This document shows, piece by piece, positions 43,446 to 53,383 of a stretch of DNA of 64,000 nucleotides (its first letter is position 1; every line of letters starts with the position of its first letter). The notes under the pieces were generated by a model. The model ran no database searches. It was not told where the DNA came from and saw only the letters and a program-made list of their open reading frames with translations. The stretch comes from a bacterium (lineage in GTDB: Bacteria > Patescibacteriota > Minisyncoccia > Moranbacterales > GWC2-37-73). The position numbers and the translations under genes were made by a program. The stretch covers positions 105,846 through 169,845 of the forward strand of contig JBAXDL010000002.1 in the NCBI GenBank assembly GCA_037140955.1. The letters run 5' to 3'.

Positions 43446-43918
43446 TTATTTAACGGTTAGCAGTTAACAATCACTTATATAGGACCACTCCTATAATATT
43501 TAATCTTGCGATTAAAAAATTATTAACGCTTATTGAACAAACATTTCAAACTCTATGAAATCGTTTTTGATGTGATATGGCACAGCATGCACCATATGCA
43601 CGACCTACTTATTTTTGACTAATTGTGATGGCTGCGCCCAACATGTCTTTCCGCTAAATCAAAACATGTTACACGTATTCACAATAGACCATAATTGTTA
43701 AGCTACTAATAATGCGGAAAATTCTCACTAGGTTTTAACTATTAGCTTCTAGCTTTTAGCAAAATCCAATATTTGTTTTCAGCACTAATTTTTAAACAAA
43801 ATAAAATTCACTTGGTAGTGAATTTTCGAGGCATCGCAAAAGAGGTCCCGAACTCACCCATTAAATTTTTGTCTGACATTTCTCAAATGTTTGTGAAATA
43901 TTTTTTAGACGTAAATTC

Positions 43919-43946
43919 ATAATAGCAGAATCAAAAGATGTGTCAA
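43919..43946 (-). promoter_or_regulatory. rRNA promoter driving 23S-5S
   Basis: TTGACA-16 bp-(TGc)TATTAT on the minus strand, ~470 nt upstream of the 23S. Confidence 0.65.
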
Positions 43947-44079
43947 GCTTTTTAGTATGACTTATTTTTTATTTTTTTATTTATCTTGTTTTGTGCCTTA
44001 TTTAAAGCAAAAAAATAATCAATTAATACGAAAAAATACTGAACATTTTTCAGTCTAAATAGCAATTATTTAATGCATA

Positions 44080-44667
44080 TTACAATACGCTCAAATTCAT
44101 TGGAGCAGAAGGCGCAACAGAAATGCAATTAATGTCATTATTCAAATAAATGGTCAGATTTTCTAGTGGTGGAGAAAAAACAATTTTAGAACCAGTGGAT
44201 GTTATCATGTCCACAATATTCACCTGCAAGGCTGTTCTACACTGAATTGCAGCGATTCCAGTAAATTTTATATTTGCCAAAACAAGCGAGCCCATAATAC
44301 CAGTATTTGATGTGACAGCAGCAATGCGTGAAATCTGCCTGCTTTCAATTGGAAAAGGATCTGTATAATTATTATTGGAAGCAAAGAGCGCATTTGGAAA
44401 ATTGCCTGCTGTAATGTCTGATTGATTAACAATGGAAACAAGCAGCGGATTATTTATTATATCAATTGCATATCCAGCTATTTCCGAGCCGCTTATAGTG
44501 AAATTCAATTTCGTGTTTATCTGTTGTCCGGCTGTTATTGAAGCAGGAAGAGGGCTACCATCAGAAAGAGTCATGGAAAAAGAGCCAAGAGCATCAGCCT
44601 GACAAAAATTTCCAAATGAAAATATTCCAAAGATTAGAAGTGCACCTAGCTTCAATTTCATTTTCAA
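44080..44667 (-). CDS. Secreted protein, possible cohesin-like beta-sandwich
   Basis: Signal peptide; ITAGQQI, IAGYAIDI, GSLVLANIKF pattern; C-terminal APSAPMNLSV. Confidence 0.5.
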   Translation of the reverse strand: MKMKLKLGALLIFGIFSFGNFCQADALGSFSMTLSDGSPLPASITAGQQINTKLNFTISGSEIAGYAIDIINNPLLVSIVNQSDITAGNFPNALFASNNNYTDPFPIESRQISRIAAVTSNTGIMGSLVLANIKFTGIAAIQCRTALQVNIVDMITSTGSKIVFSPPLENLTIYLNNDINCISVAPSAPMNLSVL

Positions 44668-44689
44668 TAAAATATAGAATTATAATTTC

Positions 44690-45379
44690 TTATTTTTTTT
44701 CAATCATATTTTCTCTAATTTTTTTCAAAATCAAAGCTGCTTCATCGCGCCCACCAAGGCCAAAAGCCAATCCCATCGCCAAAGACAAAGCTGAAATAAG
44801 ACCAATGAAAATAGTGTTGACAAGTGATGTTGCAATTCCAAGTTGAATCAAAGCTGCCAACATTCCAAACACGACAATTGCCCAACGAATGATTGTCGCC
44901 AAAAGACCGGCGCTCATCACTCCCGCCGCTTTGGTGCTGCCACGCACAATGGTATATGCAATTCCAGCCAGCAAAAATGCTATTGTCAGGATTATTGTTG
45001 CCACAACCACGTTTGGCAAATACATCAGAATGCTATTTAAAAAAGTTGTCACTTGTTCCAAACCGAGAATGTCAGTTGCTGCCATCAGAAAAACCAACAC
45101 CAAAAACCATTGCACAAGACCACCCAAAAATTCAGAAAAGGAAACTTCAATGCCGTGCTCTTTCAGTTTTTCCCCAATACTAATTCTTTCAATAGCCTGA
45201 TCAATTCTTATAGCACGAACGATTCTTTCCACCACTTTTCCCAAAACTGAAGCCAAAATAAGACCAAGCAAAAAAACCAACAACGAACCAATCAAAGTTG
45301 GAACAAAACCAATAAATCTTACCCACAACTCAAGCAAAGAACTTGTGATTGCTTGTCCCCAGGTTTGCACTGAATTCAT
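44690..45379 (-). CDS. CmpX/TM_helix (mechanosensitive-channel-related) membrane protein
   Basis: FVPTLIGSL..., YLPNVVVA, GLAFGLGGRD. Confidence 0.8.
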   Translation of the reverse strand: MNSVQTWGQAITSSLLELWVRFIGFVPTLIGSLLVFLLGLILASVLGKVVERIVRAIRIDQAIERISIGEKLKEHGIEVSFSEFLGGLVQWFLVLVFLMAATDILGLEQVTTFLNSILMYLPNVVVATIILTIAFLLAGIAYTIVRGSTKAAGVMSAGLLATIIRWAIVVFGMLAALIQLGIATSLVNTIFIGLISALSLAMGLAFGLGGRDEAALILKKIRENMIEKK

Positions 45380-45506
45380 AAGTTTGTAGAAAATATCCTA
45401 TCTTTCTTTCGAAATATTAAAATATTTTCTGCTAAAAATTAAATAAAAAAAATAATTATTCATACTATCGATTCAAAAAGTGCAAGATGTTTTGTTTGTT
45501 TGCAAA

Positions 45507-46721
45507 CTATTTTATTATCAAATCACTTCCACGCAAAAGCTCTGAGATTTTGTTTCCATCACTAAGGTCTATTTTTTTCAAAATATTTGTAACATCCACA
45601 TTTTGATTTTCCTCATCTGCTGGATTTTCAGTCACGGTCTCCTGCGAATCAGTAAAGACAATGAATTTTTGATCGCCAGAAAGAAGCATGCCACTGCCAT
45701 CAAAGGAATATTCACCATCAGCATCTATTGGAGCAGAATATATCAAATTCAATTTTCCAGTTGCAAAATCAAGCATAAAAATTTGACTGTCAGTGGCAAT
45801 AGCTATTTTTTTCTCGTCTTTACTCCATGAAACACTCTGCACGCTGTCATATTCAACCTTTTCATTCCTATTAATTGCAAGAGAAATATCATATTTCAAG
45901 GCTGGCTTACTCAAATCTGAAACGTTGTAGAGCAACAACTCCCAGCTTTTTCCTGTTTTTTCATTCATTGCATCATTTTGATTGACTAGTACAAATTTTT
46001 CGCCAGACGTTGCAAGCAAGCCTTCTGGAGCATTGGCCTTGATGTCACCCTTTTTCAAAGCGTCATAGCCTTCTGTTTTGTTGCAAAATTTGCTTTGTAT
46101 GTTGCAAACATATACCGGAGAAGAATTTCCCGTACCTTCTCCTGCCAAATGACCAATCAAAACATTTTTTTGAGAGTCCCAAGAAATCCACCAAATTGGA
46201 CCATATTGTGTTTGGATTTTTGGATCCAAGCCTTCATATTTTCCAAAAAGCAAATTCGAAGGGTCACATTTTTTTTCCGCAATGTCACAAACAAATTCAC
46301 TCGTTTGCACAAGTGGTTGCGAGCCATCAAAGGCGCTTTGCGCTCCAGCAAGATCATACTTAGCCACACTCAAAATAGCTTTAGTCTTGTCCTGCGAAAC
46401 AATTGAAAATGATTGCTCAGTGTCAATTTGACTATCAACTCCAAATTTTGGAAGTCCAGCAAAACCAGTGAAATCATCTTTTTCAATAGCACTTGCTGGG
46501 CTTGTTTTTCCAGTTTCAATTTCTAATCTGGAAATTTCTCCCTCTTCAGATTGAACAAGAATTTTGTTGCCAAGTGGTTCAAATACAACAACATCATCTT
46601 TTTTGGTTTTGATTTCTGACTTGGTTTGAATATTTTTGTCTTTTTTGCTTGCAACAAAATATCCAACCACAACAATCAGCAACACAACAAAAACTATAAT
46701 GATTTTTTTACTATTTTTCAT
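45507..46721 (-). CDS. Membrane-anchored hypothetical protein, TolB/WD40-like propeller
   Basis: N-terminal TM; SVSWSKDEKKIAIA and LSGDQKFIVF repeats. Confidence 0.6.
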   Translation of the reverse strand: MKNSKKIIIVFVVLLIVVVGYFVASKKDKNIQTKSEIKTKKDDVVVFEPLGNKILVQSEEGEISRLEIETGKTSPASAIEKDDFTGFAGLPKFGVDSQIDTEQSFSIVSQDKTKAILSVAKYDLAGAQSAFDGSQPLVQTSEFVCDIAEKKCDPSNLLFGKYEGLDPKIQTQYGPIWWISWDSQKNVLIGHLAGEGTGNSSPVYVCNIQSKFCNKTEGYDALKKGDIKANAPEGLLATSGEKFVLVNQNDAMNEKTGKSWELLLYNVSDLSKPALKYDISLAINRNEKVEYDSVQSVSWSKDEKKIAIATDSQIFMLDFATGKLNLIYSAPIDADGEYSFDGSGMLLSGDQKFIVFTDSQETVTENPADEENQNVDVTNILKKIDLSDGNKISELLRGSDLIIK

Positions 46722-46730
46722 TTCAGAAAT

Positions 46731-48761
46731 CTACTTTACGGTATAATATATTGTTTTACTTTTTTTGTTCTTTGCAGTGTCAAAAACATACCAGCCATAT
46801 TTTCCTTTTGGCTTATTAACTTTATAAGTTACAGTGAATCCTCCAGAGGCAGATGTTTTTACTTTCTGTGGAGCATAAAAACCTCCACCTGGTTTTCCAA
46901 AATATAACATCACGAAAGAATTTTTGGAAAATTTCTTTCCTCTTTGGGTCAAGATTTGACCATTAGTAACAGTCTTTTTTGAGTTTGTGATGCTTCTGGC
47001 CGGAGTTTCCTTTTTCTTGTCTGAATGACCTGAATCATCACTAACAACAACAGGAACGGGATTTGCCACCGAAAAGGAAATCAATTGATCTGCTGAATTT
47101 TTCATGCCAGCATCATCTTGGCAGCGCACAAAATATGAATAATTCGTATTATTAGTAAGTCCAGTGACAACAAAAGAATGTGAAGTTGAACTCACAGTGT
47201 CAATCACATTTGTCATAGAATCAAAAGCTGTTGCAAGTACTGAAGCTGATGTTGAATATTTGCAAATTGCACTTTCATTGGTGTTGAAAGTAACCATTGT
47301 CTGCGTTGTACCAGCAGCCAATGATCCAGTTGGTGAAACGGCTAAAATAACAGGCGCTGGATTAACATTTAATTGCCCAACAAGTTGATAGGAAATATTA
47401 CCTCCAAGATCAACCGCCTTCAGGCAAAGATAGTCCGTGTGTGCTGTGTTTATCGCAAAATCAACGCCACTAGCAAAGGCAGTTGCAATGGTGTCTGATG
47501 CATTGCAAGTGGCATCAGAACTAAATCCATAAAATTGAGTTGTTGCTCCTGCCAAGTCTGACACAGTGTAATTTATGATGTCACTCTCTACCATTGAAGA
47601 TGATGCACCGTCAACAGCTGTTATAATAGGAAATCCTGCATCAACAGTGAAATTACTAATTGCAACAGTTTTGTTCCCTGCCGCATCAGTGGCCTCAACT
47701 CTAACACCATGCACACCATCCGTCATAACAGGAAGAGTGTCGCCAGAAACCTTGGCTATGATACTTCCTATATTTCCAGTATCCGTGTTGACAATAATGC
47801 CATCAGATTGCCTAACAACAACAGTTCCATCGGAAACGGTATATGTCAAAACTGGATTAGTAATTGTAGTAATCAAGCCATTAACAGGAGCTGTTATTGA
47901 GACAGCTGGAGGCGTCATGTCAATGCTCACTGCAGTGCTTGTGCTAGGGGCGGAAACATTTCCAGCAGCATCTTTGACATAGGCCCAAAAATATCTATTC
48001 CCAGCCGTGGTGGCAACAACATTTCCAACTATAGAGGCTGAGGTTGTTCCTGTTATGCCAGAAACCAGCCAGCCAGCATCTCCAGCAATTGGAGCGGTTG
48101 GCGCAGAATTTGTTGCTGTTTCCTTGATCATCCAAGCGGACACACCAGCAGAATCATCAGTTGCAGTTAATGATGAAACAGGGATTGTCAAAGAATTAAC
48201 AAGCACTGGCAAAGTAAAAGCTGTTACGACTGGATTTGTTGTATCTGGCCCAACCACTGTTATAGTTGCATCATTTCTTGTAGCAAGAACAGATGCGTAG
48301 GTGTTATTTTCAACAACATCACAAGTGTTATCAAAAGCAATTTGAGAATTGGTCCCAGTGCCAATTGAAGAAAAAATCAATGTTGCCAAATCTGAAGTAG
48401 CTGTCACACTCCCACCCGCAATATAAAGTGAAACAGAAATTTTTCCAGTGGAATTTGCAGTTGCAATATTTTGCGGAGTCATAATCGAAAAAGTACCAGC
48501 GGGAGCAACACTAACAAGATTTAGCACTAAGCGATCAAAAGTGATGTCCATTTGCACAGCGTTTACACCATTAACCGTGTTTGTTCCAGGATTAACAGTT
48601 GCAGTGTATGTAATATTTGATCCACCAACTGAAGTTGTAGTAATAGATGGAGACAATGACAATGATGCATCCACAGCTGTTGCTTTTGAATTAGAAACGT
48701 TTAGCAAAAAAAGTATTGCTACCAAAATACCGAACCTAAAAAAATGCAGTGTTTTTTTCAT
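46731..48761 (-). CDS. Secreted protein: N-terminal cohesin, Ig/FN3 stalk, basic C-terminal domain
   Basis: SLSLSPS, VNAVQMDITFD...L, GKISV, DLATLIF; DxAGN Ig repeats; Lys-rich tail. Confidence 0.7.
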   Translation of the reverse strand: MKKTLHFFRFGILVAILFLLNVSNSKATAVDASLSLSPSITTTSVGGSNITYTATVNPGTNTVNGVNAVQMDITFDRLVLNLVSVAPAGTFSIMTPQNIATANSTGKISVSLYIAGGSVTATSDLATLIFSSIGTGTNSQIAFDNTCDVVENNTYASVLATRNDATITVVGPDTTNPVVTAFTLPVLVNSLTIPVSSLTATDDSAGVSAWMIKETATNSAPTAPIAGDAGWLVSGITGTTSASIVGNVVATTAGNRYFWAYVKDAAGNVSAPSTSTAVSIDMTPPAVSITAPVNGLITTITNPVLTYTVSDGTVVVRQSDGIIVNTDTGNIGSIIAKVSGDTLPVMTDGVHGVRVEATDAAGNKTVAISNFTVDAGFPIITAVDGASSSMVESDIINYTVSDLAGATTQFYGFSSDATCNASDTIATAFASGVDFAINTAHTDYLCLKAVDLGGNISYQLVGQLNVNPAPVILAVSPTGSLAAGTTQTMVTFNTNESAICKYSTSASVLATAFDSMTNVIDTVSSTSHSFVVTGLTNNTNYSYFVRCQDDAGMKNSADQLISFSVANPVPVVVSDDSGHSDKKKETPARSITNSKKTVTNGQILTQRGKKFSKNSFVMLYFGKPGGGFYAPQKVKTSASGGFTVTYKVNKPKGKYGWYVFDTAKNKKSKTIYYTVK

Positions 48762-48794
48762 ATTTATTTTTGAATTACTTAATGAGATGTTTGA

Positions 48795-49466
48795 TTAATT
48801 AGCAAGGCCAAATTCACTAGCTAAAATACTAAGATCTGAAATATTAACTCTGCAATCACCATTCAAATCTTCAGGATGTCCAGCGATTCTGCACCAAGGA
48901 GTGCCAGCCAATGCACCATAGCCTTTGCCGAAATTATTAGCCAACATACTCAGATCAATAATGTTCACCACGCCACTACCAAGTCCACTATTTTTGATGT
49001 TTCCACTGCGAAAAATTGTTTTGCTCGCAGTCTTGTTTGCGCCAGCGTCATTGATGCATTTGCTATAATTTCCACTAGTGTCATAGGCAACTACTGTGAA
49101 ATTATAAGTAAGCCCTGGAGTCAGAAGTGCACCGGTAGTGAACGAATATCCCCTTTTAGTTGTAGCAGCTGAATCTCGAAGTGTTGCAGCCTCTGTCACA
49201 TCCACATGAGCAACTGATGCCAAAGGTGTGGTCAGTCGAGCAGCTGCATCTGCAGCAGCATCCCATGCTGTACAGTCAAGTGCTGCAGTATCATAAAAAA
49301 TTCGATACCCAGCCAGATCAGTGAGGGTGGTAGTATCCTCATTGGTAGTTGGCGCAGTCCAAGAGATGGTTGCATTTCCATTTGCCAAAGCATTGCTTGC
49401 AAAAAATCCTGCAAAAAGCAATGCTGCTACAGCAGAAAGTATAATTTTTGATTTTTGTTTTTTCAT
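48795..49466 (-). CDS. Secreted FN3 plus dockerin-like protein
   Basis: ATISWTAP...LAGYRIFY, YNFTVVAYDTSGN; duplicated VNIIDLSMLANNFG / DLNGDCRVNISDLSILASEFG. Confidence 0.75.
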   Translation of the reverse strand: MKKQKSKIILSAVAALLFAGFFASNALANGNATISWTAPTTNEDTTTLTDLAGYRIFYDTAALDCTAWDAAADAAARLTTPLASVAHVDVTEAATLRDSAATTKRGYSFTTGALLTPGLTYNFTVVAYDTSGNYSKCINDAGANKTASKTIFRSGNIKNSGLGSGVVNIIDLSMLANNFGKGYGALAGTPWCRIAGHPEDLNGDCRVNISDLSILASEFGLAN

Positions 49467-49499
49467 ATTTTTGTTTTTACTTATGTGAAAAATTTTAAT

Positions 49500-49889
49500 T
49501 TATTTTTTAAAAAATGTCTTTATTTTGTCAAAAATTGAAAGCTTCACTTTTTTACTCATCTCCTGCGAGAAGCAACTTTCCTTGCCACCTGAATTATATG
49601 ATGTCACTGAAAAATAATAAATCGAACTGTCATTGAGATTTTCCAATTGATATGCACTCACATTTCCAACATCAACTTTTTGCTTATATCCGCCATCTTT
49701 TGGACAATCACCTTTTCTTTTTTGTGTTCCATAATAAATCCTATATCCCACCACATCCTCTTCTGCTGCCTTGTTCCAGGAGAGATTTGCCTTTCCAAAA
49801 AGTTCCATGTCACGCAAAAACAGTTGCCAAAAAATTATTGCAATCAAAAATATTATACCAGAAATTAGAAAGATTTTTTTTCTTTTCAT
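49500..49889 (-). CDS. Membrane-anchored FN3 protein
   Basis: N-terminal TM; LSWNK..EEDVVGYRIYYGT...YYFSVTSYN..G.ES. Confidence 0.8.
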   Translation of the reverse strand: MKRKKIFLISGIIFLIAIIFWQLFLRDMELFGKANLSWNKAAEEDVVGYRIYYGTQKRKGDCPKDGGYKQKVDVGNVSAYQLENLNDSSIYYFSVTSYNSGGKESCFSQEMSKKVKLSIFDKIKTFFKK

Positions 49890-49957
49890 TAATCAAATTA
49901 TATCACAAAATATCTTTTTTTGCACTAAGTATAACATTATCCACCATCGCCATTTTT

Positions 49958-50518
49958 TCATTTTGAAATTTTCACTGTTGTTTTTCCACGCACACCTAAA
50001 ACCATACTACCGCTTCCATCATTGGCAGCAGCCTGAGCTGTTTGAGAAAAAGCTATTACTGTCTCATCACTTGCTAACTTTGCACGAAAAGACAATTTGG
50101 CAACATCGGAAACATTTTTCAATTGCGACCCACCAATAAAAAATGTCATTGAAACAATGCCTCTTTGATTGTCAACAACTGATGACCCCATCTGTGCAAA
50201 AGGCTCCATTGCAGTGGCCCCAAAAAATTCCAATTTACTACCATCAAAATCAAAATCAAGCTGAACAGCATTAATCCCCTTTTCAACATTAGAACCAGGA
50301 TCAATCTTAGCAACCAAATTAAAATCCTTTCCGACAAAGGTCTCGATGGACTCATTATCAAAAAACAAAGCAGCATCAACCACAAAAGATGGTGGTGCTT
50401 GATAATTATGATCAGTATAAAATTTGTCTATAGGTGGAATTGTTAATTTTTCACCATCATCTTTTCTGCGTTTACTGAAAAAGAAAGTACCAATTAGCAA
50501 AAACAATATCATCACCAA
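49958..50518 (-). CDS. Membrane-anchored cohesin-domain protein (start uncertain)
   Basis: VGKDFNL..KIDPG...INAVQLDFDFDGSKLE...VDNQRGIV...VAKLSFRAK. Confidence 0.7.
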   Translation of the reverse strand: MVMILFLLIGTFFFSKRRKDDGEKLTIPPIDKFYTDHNYQAPPSFVVDAALFFDNESIETFVGKDFNLVAKIDPGSNVEKGINAVQLDFDFDGSKLEFFGATAMEPFAQMGSSVVDNQRGIVSMTFFIGGSQLKNVSDVAKLSFRAKLASDETVIAFSQTAQAAANDGSGSMVLGVRGKTTVKISK

Positions 50519-50632
50519 AATGATTATTTTTTTCTATTCATATTTTTAAAATTTACCAAAAAAACTCAATATTTATTATCTGTATCACATTTAAGCATAT
50601 TATAGCATGAAAATAATATTAAATGTAAAAAC

Positions 50633-50659
50633 AAAAACCCGCCTTGTATGCGGGTTTTC
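50633..50659 (-). terminator. Intrinsic terminator
   Basis: aaaacccgc-cttgtat-gcgggtttt. Confidence 0.65.
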
Positions 50660-50680
50660 AAGAATAAAAATGAAAGTATT

Positions 50681-53290
50681 TTACTGACCAATCGGAGCGC
50701 TTTGTCCATTGACTGGTTGCGTGGTTGTTTCCGGAGCTGGAGATTCTTGGGCTGCAGCAGGTGCTGGAGTTGGAGCAACTTCAGTGACCAGGTTTTCAGG
50801 CTTGTTTTCAATGCCAGCGGCAATATTGCTAATCATTTTCTGAATCTTTGTTCTCACGTCAGCATTATCTTTTGGCAAAAGTTCCAAAACTTTCTTGTAT
50901 TGAGCTGAGGCTTCGCTTGTTCGTTTTGTTTTTTCATACAAAAGTCCCAATGAGAAAAGCGTGTTAACCTCTTTTTCATTTTTGCTCAAAATATTTTTGT
51001 AAATTGCTTCTGCAATTTTGTTGTCTTCATCATTTCCACGAGCTTGATGCATGCGAGCAGTGTTGTACACATAATTCAAATTGTTTTGCTCAGAAATAGC
51101 AGCGGTTTCAATTGATTTAATTGCGCTGTCCATTTCCCCAAGAGCTTCCTGGGCAAGTGCCAACTGATAATATGCTATTGCAAAATTTCCTTTTTCATCA
51201 ATAGCTTTTTGGAAAAAATCCTTAGCTTCTCGCACAACAGCCTTGGCTTCATCTGGAGTTTTTTTGGCCGAAGCTTGCGCCAACTTGATTTGTCCCAATT
51301 TCACTTGATAATTTGGATTGTGCGGTTCAAGATCAAGAGCTTTTTTGTAGTTTGTTTCGGCAAATGAAAATGAATCAGCCACATACAATCCTGAATTTTC
51401 ATAGATCTGAGCAAGTGCTTCAATGGCGGTCACATCGTTTGGTGAAAGCGCTGAAGCAATGTTCACTTCAGTGATTGAATCGTTGATATATTTTTGAATA
51501 AGCTCAAGATTGCGATCCTTTTCACCTTTGAGTGTTTGCTCATTGGCAAGACTCATCAATTCTTGTCCGATCAAGGTGTAGTAATGACTTTCGCGTCCAT
51601 TCCAATTTATTGCTACTGCCAACTTTTTCACACTTCCTTCTTGGGTGATTTTCTTTTCGCGCATTGCATCCCCCGCACTCAAATCAGCCAAATATATCTT
51701 GCCAATGAAAATAAACAAGAACACCACACCGGCACTCACCACCATGAACACAAAAGCCAAAGCCAAAGCAAATTTTGGAGAAGCTTTCAAGGACAAAAGC
51801 AAGAAGTTGTCTTCAGAGTCGCTTTCTGACATGAGCATCGAAACAGCCATAGCACCAAGCAGCGCGCCCAAGAGCAAAATCGAACCTTCAATTTTCCCAG
51901 TGAATGATCCCACCAAAAAAACCAAAGCAGCAGAAAAAACACCTAGAGAATAAATCTTGTTTTTTGCTTTGTTGATGCTCAAAAGATACACTCCGATGCT
52001 GACAAAAGTCAGTGCCAACAAAACAACCGTGATGGTGCCGGCAATACCAAGAGTTGAAAGAGATTCGAAAAATACCCCAGAACCCTGAAAGAAACGCAGG
52101 TCATAATATTGATTGATGTTGAAAGTCTGTGGTTTGTTCAAAGAAAAATTATAACCATAGGTGGCTGGACCGCTTCCGATCAACAATTTTTGCTTCAATG
52201 ATTCTTTGGCGATGTCCCATGACAATTGATATGACGGACTGGCTTCAATTGGAAGTTGAATTCTGGCTATTGAATTGACTCCAATCATCAAAATTGTCAA
52301 AATAGCCACAAAAACAAACATTGGAATCCAAGCTTGATTACCTCTTGGACGCACAATCTGAGCCAGGATATAAATCAAAAAGAAACTGCTACCCAAAAGC
52401 ACCGAAAGCCATGGCACAAAAGTGTACAAAACCAACAAAACAAACAAATTCAAAGCAATTGTGACAAAAATAAAAGTCTTTTCAATCAAAAACAACTTAC
52501 TTTTTTTCTTGCCCTCCTCAGCAGTTGAACCGAAAATCAAAGAAATCAAAAGTGGCAACATCGCACCAAAAAAGATTGACATGCCGGTCAACGATCCAAT
52601 TGGGCTGAGTGGCACAAAAGGAGCAAGTTGCGCTGGCACAATTTGCAAACCAAGAAAATTGAGTGTGGCCCACAGTGCCAACAGAAAATTAGCAGCCACC
52701 AAAACCATTCCCATGAGCGCAAATCTTTTTTTGTCAAAATTGCTAACAATCAGATAATATGCAATGATCAGCGATGTCAAAAACATGAAACCTCGCGATG
52801 GATCTCCAAAAAATCCCCAAAAACTATGCCATTTGTCAACCGAAAAAGCCATCGAAATTCCATAAAAAATCCAAAGCAAAACAATTGGAACATCCAAAGG
52901 AGTTTTTTTGATTTTCATCTCACCAGTGATCACACCCTTGGAAACCCAAGCAACCAAAGCTAGCAAAAGCCAGAAATAAAAATAGATTTGTTTTTCAAAA
53001 GAAATTCCCTGCAAAGTGAGGCCTGTGAAAAAAATCGGAACTCCAAAAAAAATCGCCCCCAAGCAAAACACAATGAACTTGTCCAAAAGTCCCACAATCT
53101 TTTTTGGCTCAGTGGCAAATTCTTCCTCTTTTTTGTGATGCTCGGCAGCGCCACTGGAAAAGCGCGCGCCGCTGGAAGAAAAATGATGCATTGCTTGAAA
53201 AGTTTTTTCGCGCGCAGTCTCAGGCTTGGCATCATTTTGTGTTCCAATTTTGACAGAAGTTCCTCGGGAGTTTTGATTTTGAAATTCCAT
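50681..53290 (-). CDS. O-antigen ligase (Wzy_C-like) family membrane protein with TPR repeats
   Basis: About 13 TM segments, SFWGFFG, PIGSL, LIGSGPATY, TLGIAG; C-terminal TPRs (YKKALDLEPHNP, LGLLYE). Confidence 0.75.
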   Translation of the reverse strand: MEFQNQNSRGTSVKIGTQNDAKPETAREKTFQAMHHFSSSGARFSSGAAEHHKKEEEFATEPKKIVGLLDKFIVFCLGAIFFGVPIFFTGLTLQGISFEKQIYFYFWLLLALVAWVSKGVITGEMKIKKTPLDVPIVLLWIFYGISMAFSVDKWHSFWGFFGDPSRGFMFLTSLIIAYYLIVSNFDKKRFALMGMVLVAANFLLALWATLNFLGLQIVPAQLAPFVPLSPIGSLTGMSIFFGAMLPLLISLIFGSTAEEGKKKSKLFLIEKTFIFVTIALNLFVLLVLYTFVPWLSVLLGSSFFLIYILAQIVRPRGNQAWIPMFVFVAILTILMIGVNSIARIQLPIEASPSYQLSWDIAKESLKQKLLIGSGPATYGYNFSLNKPQTFNINQYYDLRFFQGSGVFFESLSTLGIAGTITVVLLALTFVSIGVYLLSINKAKNKIYSLGVFSAALVFLVGSFTGKIEGSILLLGALLGAMAVSMLMSESDSEDNFLLLSLKASPKFALALAFVFMVVSAGVVFLFIFIGKIYLADLSAGDAMREKKITQEGSVKKLAVAINWNGRESHYYTLIGQELMSLANEQTLKGEKDRNLELIQKYINDSITEVNIASALSPNDVTAIEALAQIYENSGLYVADSFSFAETNYKKALDLEPHNPNYQVKLGQIKLAQASAKKTPDEAKAVVREAKDFFQKAIDEKGNFAIAYYQLALAQEALGEMDSAIKSIETAAISEQNNLNYVYNTARMHQARGNDEDNKIAEAIYKNILSKNEKEVNTLFSLGLLYEKTKRTSEASAQYKKVLELLPKDNADVRTKIQKMISNIAAGIENKPENLVTEVAPTPAPAAAQESPAPETTTQPVNGQSAPIGQ

Positions 53291-53383
53291 ATTTTAATTT
53301 TATTTTTGAAAGTTATAATATTTTAATTTTAATCTTTTTTTGGAAATAACGCAACCGCATTAGAAAAATAAATCACAAAAAAT

